Shown piece after piece: positions 1 to 10,600 of a DNA stretch of 64,000 nucleotides. The translations under genes were made by a program, and so were the position numbers. Positions within the stretch are counted from its first letter, which is position 1, and every line of letters starts with the position of its first letter. Source of the stretch: Candidatus Zixiibacteriota bacterium (GTDB lineage: Bacteria; Zixibacteria; MSB-5A5; GN15; FEB-12); assembly GCA_034439475.1 (NCBI GenBank), contig JAWXAN010000042.1, positions 64,765 to 128,764 of the forward strand, given 5' to 3'. Under the pieces are notes generated by a model that was not told the origin of the DNA, searched no databases, and saw only the letters and a program-made list of their open reading frames with translations.

Positions 1-1128
1 CATGCCGCAGAAGCCCTCTCTATCACCTCCATTTATATTCTGCCGGTAGCCGTCCTACCGGTCATTGTCGCGATACTCTTCGACGCCGAAGTCGGTATAC
101 TCTCGGTGGTTGCGCTCGCAATGTTGCTGGGCATCATGCATAGATTCTCCTTTCCCATAACATTATTAACGGTGGTGGTCGGCGCCTTTGCCGCCTATAG
201 CTCGCATTCGGTACGCAAGAGGGCGCATGCCTTTCGGATAATGCTTCTGGCAGTGTTCGGCTATTTCCTTGTGATACTGATAGTTGAAAGCCTTCGGATC
301 GGCGCTCACGAGGAATTGCTTGGCGAAATGCTCTACGGTTTTATCATTGCCGTGATTAGTGTGCCGCTCGCGATTTTTCTTTTCCTCCCATTTTTTGAAT
401 CACTGTTTGGCTTCACGACTGATATAAAGTTGCTTGAGTTGTCCGATCTCAACCATCCCTTGCTCAAGCGATTGGCGATTGAGGCGCCGGGGACATACCA
501 CCATTCTATAATTGTCAGTAATCTTACCGAAGCCGCAGCCAAGTCAATCGGCGGTAATCCTCTTCTGGCGCAGGTCGGGGCGTATTATCATGATATTGGC
601 AAGATTGAGATTCCGGAGTACTTTGTGGAAAATCAGTTGGGAGTTAAATCCAAGCATGAGTCGCTTTCGCCTTCGATGTCAGCTCTAGTTCTTGTAAGTC
701 ATGTCAAGAAGGGAAGACAATTGGGCGAGGAGGCAAATATCCCCGATGATGTATTGAACTTTATTGAAGAGCATCACGGCACAATGGTGATGTCGTACTT
801 TTACAATAAGGCCCTTGAGATGGGTGCGGATAAGAATTCCATGGACGAGTTTCGCTATCCCGGCCCACGTCCGCAGACCCGAGAAACGGGAATTGCCATG
901 CTGGCCGATGCTGTCGAGGCTTCAAGCCGGACGCTTGAAGACCCTAAACCGGCGCGAATAGACAGCCTGATTCAGAAGATTATTGATGACCGGTTCAAAT
1001 CAGGAGAACTTGATGAATGTCCGCTCACCCTCAAGGACCTTGCAAAAATTAAGGAAGCTTTCGCCCAAATCCTTGTGGCCGCTTTTCACCACCGTGTCCG
1101 CTATCCCAAAGAACAGCAGCCTGATTGA
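1..1128 (+). CDS. 7TM-HD (PgpH/YqfF-like) membrane HD-domain phosphohydrolase; 5' end lies outside the window
   Basis: Frame 1 is open from nt 1 (HAAEALSITSIYILPVAV...), so the track ORF at 106 is only the in-window part. Hydrophobic helices are followed by HD-domain motifs HHSIIVSNL, YYHDIGK and EEHHGT. The gene lies directly upstream of ybeY, as in the conserved yqfF-ybeY-corC cluster. Confidence 0.85.
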   Translation, partial: HAAEALSITSIYILPVAVLPVIVAILFDAEVGILSVVALAMLLGIMHRFSFPITLLTVVVGAFAAYSSHSVRKRAHAFRIMLLAVFGYFLVILIVESLRIGAHEELLGEMLYGFIIAVISVPLAIFLFLPFFESLFGFTTDIKLLELSDLNHPLLKRLAIEAPGTYHHSIIVSNLTEAAAKSIGGNPLLAQVGAYYHDIGKIEIPEYFVENQLGVKSKHESLSPSMSALVLVSHVKKGRQLGEEANIPDDVLNFIEEHHGTMVMSYFYNKALEMGADKNSMDEFRYPGPRPQTRETGIAMLADAVEASSRTLEDPKPARIDSLIQKIIDDRFKSGELDECPLTLKDLAKIKEAFAQILVAAFHHRVRYPKEQQPD

Positions 1129-1138
1129 ATGTGGGTAT

Positions 1139-1579
1139 ATGAAGCTAATGATATACAAGGAGACGCCCACTCAAATACCACGGGCGCGATTAGTTAAACT
1201 GGCGGAAAGTGTCTCAAAGCGAGAGTTTCGAAAAAACTCGGATGCGGTTATAAACCTCGTGTTCACCGATGCGGCAAGAATTCGAAGTCTCAATCGCCTT
1301 TACCGGGGGAAAAACAAGGTGACAGACGTTCTCTCCTTTCCACTTGATTCCGAAGCGAAGGCGGATGATATTTTCGGTGAAGTCTATATCTGTGTTTCTG
1401 TTGCCGAGCGTCAGGCCCGCGGATACGGGGCCACATTGCCGACCGAATATCTTAGACTGGCATGCCACGGCTTTTTACATCTCTTTGGGCACGATCACCA
1501 ACGTCCGGCAGAAGAGAAGAGAATGAAGGGGAAAGAGGATACGTATCTTGCTGGAATTATGAGTAAACTTCCATTATGA
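1139..1579 (+). CDS. ybeY: rRNA maturation endoribonuclease YbeY
   Basis: Zinc-binding motif HGFLHLFGHDH. I chose the ATG at 1139 (MKLMIYKE), 11 nt after the upstream stop, rather than the track start at 983, which overlaps the HD gene. Confidence 0.9.
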   Translation: MKLMIYKETPTQIPRARLVKLAESVSKREFRKNSDAVINLVFTDAARIRSLNRLYRGKNKVTDVLSFPLDSEAKADDIFGEVYICVSVAERQARGYGATLPTEYLRLACHGFLHLFGHDHQRPAEEKRMKGKEDTYLAGIMSKLPL

Positions 1580-2841
1580 CTATGTGGCTCTGTCCGCTTT
1601 TTATCGCGCTCGGTTATCTCACCGAATACATCGTTGCGCTCTATGCTTTGGCGGTTTATATCGATCCAGAAGAGGTCGAAACTCTATTTCCGGGCATATC
1701 ACGCCGCCGCCGTAGGTTTCTCAACACGCTTGTTGCAGATCCACGAGCGTTTGTGCAGGTTTTGGCTGTCTATCGCTCTTTTGTTCTCATTCTCAATACA
1801 ACATTGACAATTTTGTTTGTCCAATCACTGCATCCCGAGGGTGTGCCTATACAATGGTATTACTACCCGCTCTTTATGCTTATAGTTTGGCTGCTCCATA
1901 TCATCTTTGTCGAGTATCTTCCGAGACGGACCTCGCGCACCGCCATTGACAAATCGATGCATCGCCACATCTGGATTATCTCCACTATATACATACTCTT
2001 CTTTCCCGTAGTTCGGATGTACCGGCATGCCTTCAAGCGGCTCAATGAGGAGCAGAATGTGACCGAGGAGCAGAAGGATGATATAGTCGAGCGTGCCATT
2101 GAGACGCTTGCCGACCAGGCTGGCATCGGCGGCTCAATAATCGAGAAAGAAGAAAAAGAGATGATTGGAAGTATCTTCATGCTCGACCAAACCGTCGTCA
2201 GGGAAATTATGGTTCCAAGAATGGATATTATTGGTATTCATGACACTGCCAGTCTCAAAGAAGTTCAGTTAATTGTGAAAGAGAGCGGGTATTCACGCTT
2301 TCCGGTCTACTTCAAGGCAATCGATTCGGTAATCGGAATCCTGTATGTAAAGGACTTGTTCAGCGATTTACCGGATACGAATCAGGCGTTTAGTGTGCGT
2401 AAGATCATGCGGCCGTCTTACTTTGTACCCGAGACCAAAGTCATAAGCGAACTCCTTCGCGAGTTTAGGACCGAAAAGGTTCACATCGCTATTGTTGCCG
2501 ATGAATACGGCGGTGTGGCCGGTTTGGTGACACTTGAAGACATCCTCGAGGAAATTGTAGGCGAAATACAAGATGAACATGACGAGGAGGTAGAGGAGGA
2601 GTTTGTCAAACTTACGCACAACACCTATGTCCTTGATGCCGGAATGCTTATCGAAGACCTTCAGAGCCAATTGGATACCGATTATGACCAGGGCGACCAT
2701 GATACAGTCGGGGGGCTTATCTATGCTTTGGTGGGCTCTGTCCCGAAAAAGGGCGCGACGGTAAACTGGCATGATTTTCAGTTTCAAATTGACGAAGTAG
2801 TAGGCCAAAGGATCAAACGGTTGAGGCTCCGAACTACATAA
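1576..2841 (+). CDS. CNNM/CorC-HlyC family transporter-associated protein (DUF21 membrane domain, CBS pair, CorC_HlyC C-terminal domain)
   Basis: N-terminal TM helices, CBS-pair region (VREIMVPRMDI...VYVKDL...VADEYGGVAGLVTLEDILEEIVGEI) and a C-terminal GGLIYALVGSVPKKGATV...GQRIKRLRL. There is a 4-nt ATGA overlap with ybeY. Confidence 0.85.
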   Translation: MTMWLCPLFIALGYLTEYIVALYALAVYIDPEEVETLFPGISRRRRRFLNTLVADPRAFVQVLAVYRSFVLILNTTLTILFVQSLHPEGVPIQWYYYPLFMLIVWLLHIIFVEYLPRRTSRTAIDKSMHRHIWIISTIYILFFPVVRMYRHAFKRLNEEQNVTEEQKDDIVERAIETLADQAGIGGSIIEKEEKEMIGSIFMLDQTVVREIMVPRMDIIGIHDTASLKEVQLIVKESGYSRFPVYFKAIDSVIGILYVKDLFSDLPDTNQAFSVRKIMRPSYFVPETKVISELLREFRTEKVHIAIVADEYGGVAGLVTLEDILEEIVGEIQDEHDEEVEEEFVKLTHNTYVLDAGMLIEDLQSQLDTDYDQGDHDTVGGLIYALVGSVPKKGATVNWHDFQFQIDEVVGQRIKRLRLRTT

Positions 2842-2885
2842 AATTCAGGGTGCGTGGCATGCCATGGCAATCACACACTTCCACG

Positions 2886-2904
2886 ACGCATTTTTTGCGT
2901 TTTT
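2886..2904 (+). terminator. Weak candidate intrinsic terminator after the ybeY/corC operon
   Basis: acgca-ttttt-tgcgt hairpin (5 bp) followed by tttt, about 45 nt after the stop codon. Confidence 0.35.
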
Positions 2905-3113
2905 AGAAAAAAGTACTTGACAAACCCTTGCTATCAATATAGCTTGACAGTAGCAATAACTGCGTCGCTCAGCAGACTTGTAACAAATATGAGGTTGATA
3001 TTATCCTCATAGGCTACATGGAAATAGCGTAATCGTAGCTGGCGATTTCTCTTTATTTGTAAATACGTTTTGTATTTTCGTTTTCGTGCACAACATACCG
3101 AGGAGGAATTCTC

Positions 3114-3434
3114 ATGAAGGGCAAGACGGGTTCAACATTACTTGTGTTGCTTGTCGCATGCATCGCCTGCTTTGTTTCGGTACCAGTGGTGTCAAGCGAA
3201 CACCCATGGGATACGGACAAGCCACCAGGCGGTGGTCATATTATCTTTCCACCTCCGCCGGGCGCTGATACGGTTGTCATAGTTAAAGATTCAACGACTC
3301 AAATTGGCTCAGGTTCTCCACGACAGGAATCAAGCTTTGTTATGAGATCGATCTTTCGCGTCACGTATCAGATATCTCGTTTTTATGGTGGAAAGAAGCG
3401 ATTAAGCTCATCATGGGTCGGTTTTCGCGATTAA
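3114..3434 (+). CDS. Hypothetical small secreted protein
   Basis: GGAGGA 6 nt upstream of the ATG. Signal-peptide-like N-terminus MKGKTGSTLLVLLVACIACFVSVPVVSS. No recognisable family. Confidence 0.4.
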   Translation: MKGKTGSTLLVLLVACIACFVSVPVVSSEHPWDTDKPPGGGHIIFPPPPGADTVVIVKDSTTQIGSGSPRQESSFVMRSIFRVTYQISRFYGGKKRLSSSWVGFRD

Positions 3435-3511
3435 CTGATCTTTGTCGACGTAACTCACACCAGGGATAGGTGAACCCGGTAACGTTGAACAAATAAGGAC
3501 AATAGGGTAAG

Positions 3512-6451
3512 ATGAGACATACCTCACAGAACCTCCATCTCGATAACCGCCTGCTTGCGGTTGAAGAGCTTTATCGTCAGCGAAAGGCGCCGGAAGCGCG
3601 TATTGAGCTCGAACGGCTTAGCGACTCTGATTTTGCTCAATCCGAGCATGAATTGGGTCTCTTTCTCTCGCTCAAAGCTGATTCATATTGCTTCGAAGGA
3701 GAATACCGCAAATCACTCGAAGCCGGTATCAGGGGGGCCAAGCTTCTGGCCGATTCCCCGCTTACACGCCGCTACGGACGGGCTCTCCTCATTCTTGCCA
3801 AGGCATATTTTGGGCTTGGCGATCTTAAGAACTCGGAGATTCGTGCGAGAGACGCGTTAGCCTCGTTTAGACGAGACGGCGATATTGAAGGACAAATAGA
3901 TTCGCTGAACGCACAGGCCCGTGCTGTGTTTACCCGATGCGACTATTCTGCGGCCAGCCTCCTGCTTGATGATGCCGCTCTGCTTTGTACTGACAATCCG
4001 CGCCAACTCGCACAGTTAACCGGTAACTCAGGTCGTATAAAGATTCTATCCGGAAACTGGAGCGCCGCAGAGAAAGACCTTACTGCCGCACTCGAGTATG
4101 GCGTCGCCCACAACGAGGAGACCTCACAGGCGGTCAACCTGCTCTCGCTTGGTTACCTTAATTTGCGCCGCAGAGAATTTACCTCGGCCGACAGGTATTG
4201 GAAGCGCGCTCAGGTAATAATTGATCGTCTCAATCTGAAACGCGAAAAAATAATTCTGCTTGAGTATCAGGGCGAAATGGCTATCGAGAAAAAAGATATG
4301 TTCAAGGCCAAATCGATCCTGAGCGAGGCCTATCATCAGGGTAGATTGCTTGCACCTGAGTCGGCATTGGTCTCCCAATCGGCCCGGAGATTGGCCGAAG
4401 TCGAGTTGTCGCTCGATAACCTTGACGAAGCCATGAAATATGCCCAAAAGGCGCTTGAACTTGCCCAGCAAATGGGTGAAAAAATCGAAGCGGGTCTGGC
4501 CAAAAAAGTTATCGCACAGGTTTTTGCATCGCGTTCCTCATACGACGAAGCGATGGATTATATCACACGGGCTGTCGAAACTGTCCGCGAGGCGGGCGAT
4601 CCGTTTGATCTGGCCCGCACCCTGCTTTATTACGCCGAAATCTCGGGACAATCCGGCTCTGATGAACATGAAAAAATCCGAAGTGCATATGATGAAGCTA
4701 CGCGTATCTTCAAAAAGCTCAAACTTGATTTCTGGCTGGCCGAGGCCGATTTCCGTTCCGGACTCTTTGCCTGTTCACGCGGCGATCTGTCGCGCGGATT
4801 CAAGAAGATAAGTCGTGCTGAGAAATTATTTACCACCCTCTCTGATACTGGCAAAGTGCGAGCCGTTAATCAATTTCTTACCACAATGGCCGATCAGGCT
4901 GTGGCGCTGTCAATTTCACAAGAAAACAGTTTCAAGATTTTTGGCAATCTTGTTACGCAAGGGGATACGAAGGACCTCAAAAGCGGCAAAATGGACGATG
5001 TCCTCAATCTTCTGCTCCGCAGAGCCGGAGCTGACCGTGGGATAGTCTATTCACCTGACTTTACCGAGAGCCCGGTGGTCGCCTCGTTCCCGATAACGCC
5101 GCAGCAGATTAAGAAATTTGATGATACCTTCCGACAGCTTCTTGGACAGGAAGTCTCGCTTGTAAAGCCGACTCTCCTGCTTGACTGCCGTCGCGATCCC
5201 TATATAAATAATCTCTTCCCTGAAGTCCCATATCCGGTCGCAAGCGTAATTGTTGTCCCGTTCAAAATGAGCGACAACTCAAACAGTTTCCTCTATTTGG
5301 ATAAGCTGTCGCCAGACAACACTATCAATCCGTTTGGACAGGACGAACTCAATTTTGCAGTCGGTTTTTCTGACATCATTGCCTTCAAGGCGGCGGAATT
5401 GCATAAGATTAAGCTCATCGAGGATAATAGACGTCTCAAAGCCCAGCTTCGTCAGGAAGCGGCCTTTGCCAATATTATTACACAGAGCAGCCAGATGCTT
5501 GATTTGCTCAATCAGGTCAGGCAGATAGTTGATTCCCCGATTTCAATCGTGATTGAAGGCGAGACCGGATGTGGCAAAGACCTTTTGGCCCGAGCCATAC
5601 ACTATAACTCCAATCGGCGAGACAAGCGCTTCATTTCAATCAACTGCGCCGCTTTGCCGGAAACACTTCTGGAATCAGAGCTTTTTGGATATCGACGCGG
5701 CTCATTTACGGGCGCTGATCGTGACAAACCCGGTCTTTTCGAAGAAGCTCATGGCGGCACATTCTTCCTCGATGAAATAGCCGATATGCCGCTCTCGATT
5801 CAGGCAAAAATACTTCGGGCATTGGAATCCAAAGAGATCGTCCGACTTGGGGAGAGCACACCGAGAAAAGTCGATGTCCGAATTCTTTCGGCCACAAACA
5901 AGGATTTGAAAGAAGAAATGGCGGCCGGGCGCTTCCGTCAGGATCTGTTCTATAGACTTTCTGCCTTCAGCTTCCGTCTCCCATCCCTACGCGAGCGGAA
6001 AGAGGATATTCCTCTACTTGTGAACCATATGCTTCTTGAAAGCGGCAAGACCTGTACCGTAGAAGTTACGCGGCATTTGATGGCCTATGACTGGCCAGGA
6101 AATGTTCGCGAGTTGGAAAATGAAATGAAAAAACTGGTTCTTCTTGCTGGAGACGACGAAAAAATCAGGGTCGAGATCCTTTCCGCTCGAATCAGTCAGT
6201 CTACGAACAACTATGCCTCTCCCTCTGTCCTCAGTGGGAACGCTGCCGACGTCGTTGAATTCTCGCAGGATTATTCTTTGTACGATTTTCTCTCGAACCA
6301 TGAGAAACGGTTTATTATCAAGGCCCTCATGGAAAGTCGAGGGATAAAGAAACATGCTGCCAACCGGCTTAATATTCCCGAATCAACGTTGCGACTCAAG
6401 ATTAAAGAGTACAATCTCAATTTGAAGGCTCTTGACCTGCCCATTGCGTAG
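3512..6451 (+). CDS. Sigma-54-dependent transcriptional activator (bEBP) with a long TPR-like N-terminus, a GAF-like middle region, an AAA+ core and a Fis-type HTH
   Basis: Walker A GETGCGKDLLARAIH; sigma-54 contact loop ESELFGYRRGSFTGA (GAFTGA variant); Walker B GGTFFLDEIADM; RQDLFYRL; C-terminal HTH AANRLNIPESTLRLKIKEYNL. The first ~470 aa are helical repeats of TPR character. Confidence 0.85.
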   Translation: MRHTSQNLHLDNRLLAVEELYRQRKAPEARIELERLSDSDFAQSEHELGLFLSLKADSYCFEGEYRKSLEAGIRGAKLLADSPLTRRYGRALLILAKAYFGLGDLKNSEIRARDALASFRRDGDIEGQIDSLNAQARAVFTRCDYSAASLLLDDAALLCTDNPRQLAQLTGNSGRIKILSGNWSAAEKDLTAALEYGVAHNEETSQAVNLLSLGYLNLRRREFTSADRYWKRAQVIIDRLNLKREKIILLEYQGEMAIEKKDMFKAKSILSEAYHQGRLLAPESALVSQSARRLAEVELSLDNLDEAMKYAQKALELAQQMGEKIEAGLAKKVIAQVFASRSSYDEAMDYITRAVETVREAGDPFDLARTLLYYAEISGQSGSDEHEKIRSAYDEATRIFKKLKLDFWLAEADFRSGLFACSRGDLSRGFKKISRAEKLFTTLSDTGKVRAVNQFLTTMADQAVALSISQENSFKIFGNLVTQGDTKDLKSGKMDDVLNLLLRRAGADRGIVYSPDFTESPVVASFPITPQQIKKFDDTFRQLLGQEVSLVKPTLLLDCRRDPYINNLFPEVPYPVASVIVVPFKMSDNSNSFLYLDKLSPDNTINPFGQDELNFAVGFSDIIAFKAAELHKIKLIEDNRRLKAQLRQEAAFANIITQSSQMLDLLNQVRQIVDSPISIVIEGETGCGKDLLARAIHYNSNRRDKRFISINCAALPETLLESELFGYRRGSFTGADRDKPGLFEEAHGGTFFLDEIADMPLSIQAKILRALESKEIVRLGESTPRKVDVRILSATNKDLKEEMAAGRFRQDLFYRLSAFSFRLPSLRERKEDIPLLVNHMLLESGKTCTVEVTRHLMAYDWPGNVRELENEMKKLVLLAGDDEKIRVEILSARISQSTNNYASPSVLSGNAADVVEFSQDYSLYDFLSNHEKRFIIKALMESRGIKKHAANRLNIPESTLRLKIKEYNLNLKALDLPIA

Positions 6452-6506
6452 GCTCTTTGTCTAAATTCCTGTTGTCTTCGCGCATTTTCTTCAGTTCTTT
6501 TAGTAG

Positions 6507-7367
6507 ATGAAGCGCGAGGGACTCTGTTTTCTTCACTTTGCCTCCGATCCATTTTTCAATATGGCCTTCGATGAATGGCTTCTATTTCAGGCCGTCCAGA
6601 GTCCGCATACTATCTATGCCCGACTGTACACATGGCAAAAGCCAGCTATAACCTTTGGCTGTAATCAAAACGCCGATACGGCGTTTCTGGGCGAGGAGGT
6701 AGGGGATACTCCTGTCATCCGGAGAATAACAGGAGGCAGGGCCCTGCTGCATGACCCGTCCGAGCTCACGTATTCGATATCCGCAAATGCATCAGAGGGG
6801 GCTGGTTTCAGTGGAAATATCGGTCAGACATCGCAGAAAATCGCCACAATAATTCGCTGTTTTCTAAGCCATTACCGTGTCCAATCAGAGTATTCCGCTG
6901 AGTCTGCGGAAAACGAACAGGAGAGAAAACGGGATTTTTTTCATAAAGCGGCATGTTTTTCATCTGTTTCGCGAAACGAGCTGACCACCTCCATGGGGAA
7001 AATCGTCGGCTCGGCGCAACGCCGGATCGGGGCAGCATTCCTGCAACATGGAGCCATAAAATGGCGAGGGGTGGCTGTTCATCCAGCTTTGCATCTCAGA
7101 CCAGCATCCGGAAAGTACGTTGAGACAAGTAATGGTGAAAGCCTGAAGACTGTGGGGGAAAAAGAGTTTGGAGAGGCATCGCAAGTCTTCCTGCAGACGC
7201 TTCAGGAAGAAACCGGAGTGGAGTTTGCCGGCGGAGAGATAACAGAGAGCATGGCAGCAGTGATAAAAGACAGGTCGCTGGAAATCTCTTCTGAGCCCCT
7301 AAAAAAAAGAGATTGCATTAAACAAACAGCCGTGGTCGGAAGTCTTTCTGATACCCGGAACGGATAA
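6507..7367 (+). CDS. Lipoate-protein ligase / octanoyltransferase family protein (BPL_LplA_LipB catalytic domain only)
   Basis: NMAFDEWLL, RRITGGRALLHDPSELTYS and GKIVGSAQRRIGAAFLQHGAI resemble LplA/LipM/LipL catalytic-domain motifs. The start is uncertain (an alternative ATG gives MAFDEW). Confidence 0.65.
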   Translation: MKREGLCFLHFASDPFFNMAFDEWLLFQAVQSPHTIYARLYTWQKPAITFGCNQNADTAFLGEEVGDTPVIRRITGGRALLHDPSELTYSISANASEGAGFSGNIGQTSQKIATIIRCFLSHYRVQSEYSAESAENEQERKRDFFHKAACFSSVSRNELTTSMGKIVGSAQRRIGAAFLQHGAIKWRGVAVHPALHLRPASGKYVETSNGESLKTVGEKEFGEASQVFLQTLQEETGVEFAGGEITESMAAVIKDRSLEISSEPLKKRDCIKQTAVVGSLSDTRNG

Positions 7368-7635
7368 GGGAAAAAAGGTCTTGACTTTGGTCGGTTCGAG
7401 CGCGTACCTTTGCCTGTCTTGCGACTGACAAGAATCGCTCGACGGCTGAATGATAACGCATGATGCGAATCGCGTGTAAAGGGTTGGTTTAGGGCAAAGT
7501 GTTCCTCATATCTTTGTCGCTTAGAAGTATTTTATCAATCGTCCAAAGTACCGCGCGGCTCCAGGCGTCAAGATCATTCGATATAAATGTGAATGATATT
7601 TGGTGTAGGTGATATTTCTCGAGGAGGAAGAATAA

Positions 7636-10600
7636 ATGGTTTGTAGAGCTAATGGACTTCTTAGATTTCATCTGGTGTTCGCCGTGCTGGTTGTTTTGGG
7701 CGCCAGTTCCGCATTTTCTGCGTCGACCGGCCAGATAAAAGGAACCATTCTTGACAAGGAGACTGGCGAAGCGGTTATCGGCGCTTCGGTGGTTGTTGTC
7801 GGTACTAAACAGGGTGCGGTAACTAATGTAGATGGAAAATACACTATTCTCCGTGTGGACCCTGGAACGTACACGCTGAAAATTTCTTCTCTTGATTACA
7901 ATACTGTTGAAGTGACCAAAGTCGACGTCAAGGTCGATCTGACCACAGAAATCTCCGAAAAGATGACTAAACAGGTTGCCACCATTGACAAGCAGATTAC
8001 CGTTGTTGGTAAACGCGATATTATCGACAAGTATGAAACTTCCGGTTCGGCATCAATTACCCAGGAATCAATCAGCAAGCGTCCGGTAGCGACCGTTGAC
8101 AATATTCTCAAGCAGGTTGCCGGTGTTCAGCAGGGCCGTGGCGGAGAAATCTTCATTCGCGGCGGTCGCGGGGGTGAAGTGGGCTATATTGTTGATGGCG
8201 TGCCGATAGGAGATCCGCTCGGCGGTAGTTCAGCCGGAGCCAATTTGTCTCTTGTGGCCGGATCGATCCAGGAACTGCAAATTATTAAAGATGGCTTTGA
8301 TCCTGAATATGGAAATGCGCTTTCGGGTATTGTGAACATTCGTTCGCAAGTCGGCTCCAAGGACAACACGAATGCCAATATTTATTATACGACCGATGAC
8401 CTTGGTAACGGAAGACTCAACAAGTACTCCCAAAACGAAGATTTCCTCCGTTTAACGCTTTCGGGTCCCGACCCGATCCTGACCAATCGAATTCTCCCCG
8501 CCCTTGGGATAAATTTCCTCAGGGAAAAGGAATTCACTTATTTCCTTTATGGCGAAGTTGAAAAGCACGATGGCGACTTCCAATATCAGAATTATGATTC
8601 ACCGGCAACGCGTAAGAATTTTGGGAATTTCAATTTATTCGGTTTGGATATCCCCGAACGACTATACAATCGATATCATTTTCAAGCGAACACGAGATTC
8701 CGTCCGCAACAAAATCTTAAATTCGTGTTCTCGTACAAGTTGTGGGACACTCGCACAACCAGTTTCGATTGGAGTTATCGCTTCAGCGCGAATACCGCCC
8801 CTGTTAATACACAAAAACGACAGAGCCTTTCTCTGGAAGTTGCCCATGAGATTCAGAAGAACTTCACCTATGAAGCAATAGTGTCGTACACAAATCTTCA
8901 GAACACTTCGAGACCGGGCGATCCCAATAACCCCGGCAAGGGTCTGGACCCAGATCAGATGGCGCTTCAATCCGATTGGGAGACCTTCTCAGATCTTAAC
9001 CGCAATGGTGTCTATGATGTCCCTGAACCGATAATAAATCTCTTCCCTGACTCAGCCATCTATGGATCAGATTTTACCGGGCCGGCCTATACCATAGGCG
9101 AATACCTTAGCCTACAGAATCTGCAGGGCGGCGGTAGCTCATTTGCAAATTTCCGTTTTAACAATAATGGCATCTCCGACAGCCTTGAGGGCGAGCCATA
9201 CATTGACGTTAATGGAAACGGGGTATGGGATCGCGGAGATGACCTGCAGGATCGCAATGGGAATGGCATTTTTGATAGAGATCGCCGAGCGCTGGTTGGA
9301 ACTCCATTGCAGGAGCCGTATATCGATGGCGATTCAGTGCTGGGTGAGCCGTTTATCGACCTCGACGGCAACGGTGTGTACAACGCCGGAACAGACAACT
9401 TCGTGAGAAGCAACGATCCGACCATTAACCATGATCTCAATCATGACGGAAGATATAACGGCCCGACTTCGATTTGGTCTCCGAATATTCCGTATTACGA
9501 TAGAAATGGTAATGGTCTCTACGACGCACCAAATTTTCAGTACAACGTCGGAGAGCCGTTTACTGATGACAACGGAAACGGCCGGTTTGATCTTGGCGGC
9601 AGTTCGACGTTTCTTGATCCCTTGACGTATAGGCCAGAAGTTATTTGGTCGAGAAACCGCACACAGACCTATCGTGGTGAAGTAAAAATATTCCGACAGC
9701 TTGGCGCCCATGAACTAAAAGGCGGCTTCTCGTTGCAAAGAGATGTTTTTTCCTATGAGCGTATCGACAGGCCGTACCAACCTTACAGCGGCAGGCTTGA
9801 TGGCGGCGCTTACGGCGAACGGGGAGCTTTCCGCGACTTCTTTGGCTACGATCCGTTGCAAGGAACGTTTTATTTTCGAGATAAGATCGAATATGGTTCA
9901 ATGATTGCCAATCTTGGTCTCCGTCTGGATTATTTTCTACAGGACACCAGGGATTTAGCTGTAACCCTTCGTCGTGATGACCGAGGCGGACTCATTTTAG
10001 GTGACCGTCAAAAAATCTCGCCTCGAATTGGATTTTCATATCCTATCTCGGACAAGGCAAAAGTATATTTCAATTATGGTCATTTCTTCCAATTAGCGAC
10101 ATTTGACCGATTCTTTGCGAGAAATACCTCGTCGGTGGATCAGAATGCAGTGCTTGGAAATCCAAACTTAGACTATCAAAAGACCATTCAATATTCTTTT
10201 GGAGTTAAATATGCCGTGAATGAGAGCTATTCGCTTGACGTTCAGGGATATTTTAAGGATGAGTTCGATAAGATTAATCAGTTCACCGATGAAAGCGGCC
10301 CGGTTAAACGCCAAATTTATGCAAATTCTGACTATGGCCGCAGTCGCGGACTTGAGTTGACTTTGGAGAAACGATCGGGTGGATACGTTACCGGACAAGT
10401 AAGCTATACCTATGCTTTTGCGTTCGGAAAAGCTTCGCAGACCAATCCGAACTATCAAGCGAACTACCTGCTAACGGCACCTTTGGACGAGAATCCGCTG
10501 GATAATGATATCCGGCACTCGCTCAAATCCATTGTTCAGGTTTTTATTCCAAACACGGTCAAACCCCGGCTGTTCGGTCTGCCCATTCCCAGCGGATGGT

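Noticed and set aside
983-1138. 5' extension of the ybeY ORF as listed in the track (start 983).
   Set aside because: It overlaps the last ~145 nt of the HD-domain gene in another frame and encodes no YbeY-like sequence. The ATG at 1139 gives a normal-length YbeY.
2917-3006. Two TTGACA hexamers (2917 and 2944) and a TATTAT (2999) upstream of the small secreted-protein/activator genes, considered as promoters.
   Set aside because: The spacers to any acceptable -10 hexamer are 15 nt or have no match, so I could not define a convincing -35/-10 pair.
3086-3268. 60-aa ORF overlapping the start of the 3114-3434 gene.
   Set aside because: It has no RBS and lies off-frame within a better-supported ORF that has a GGAGGA RBS and a signal peptide.
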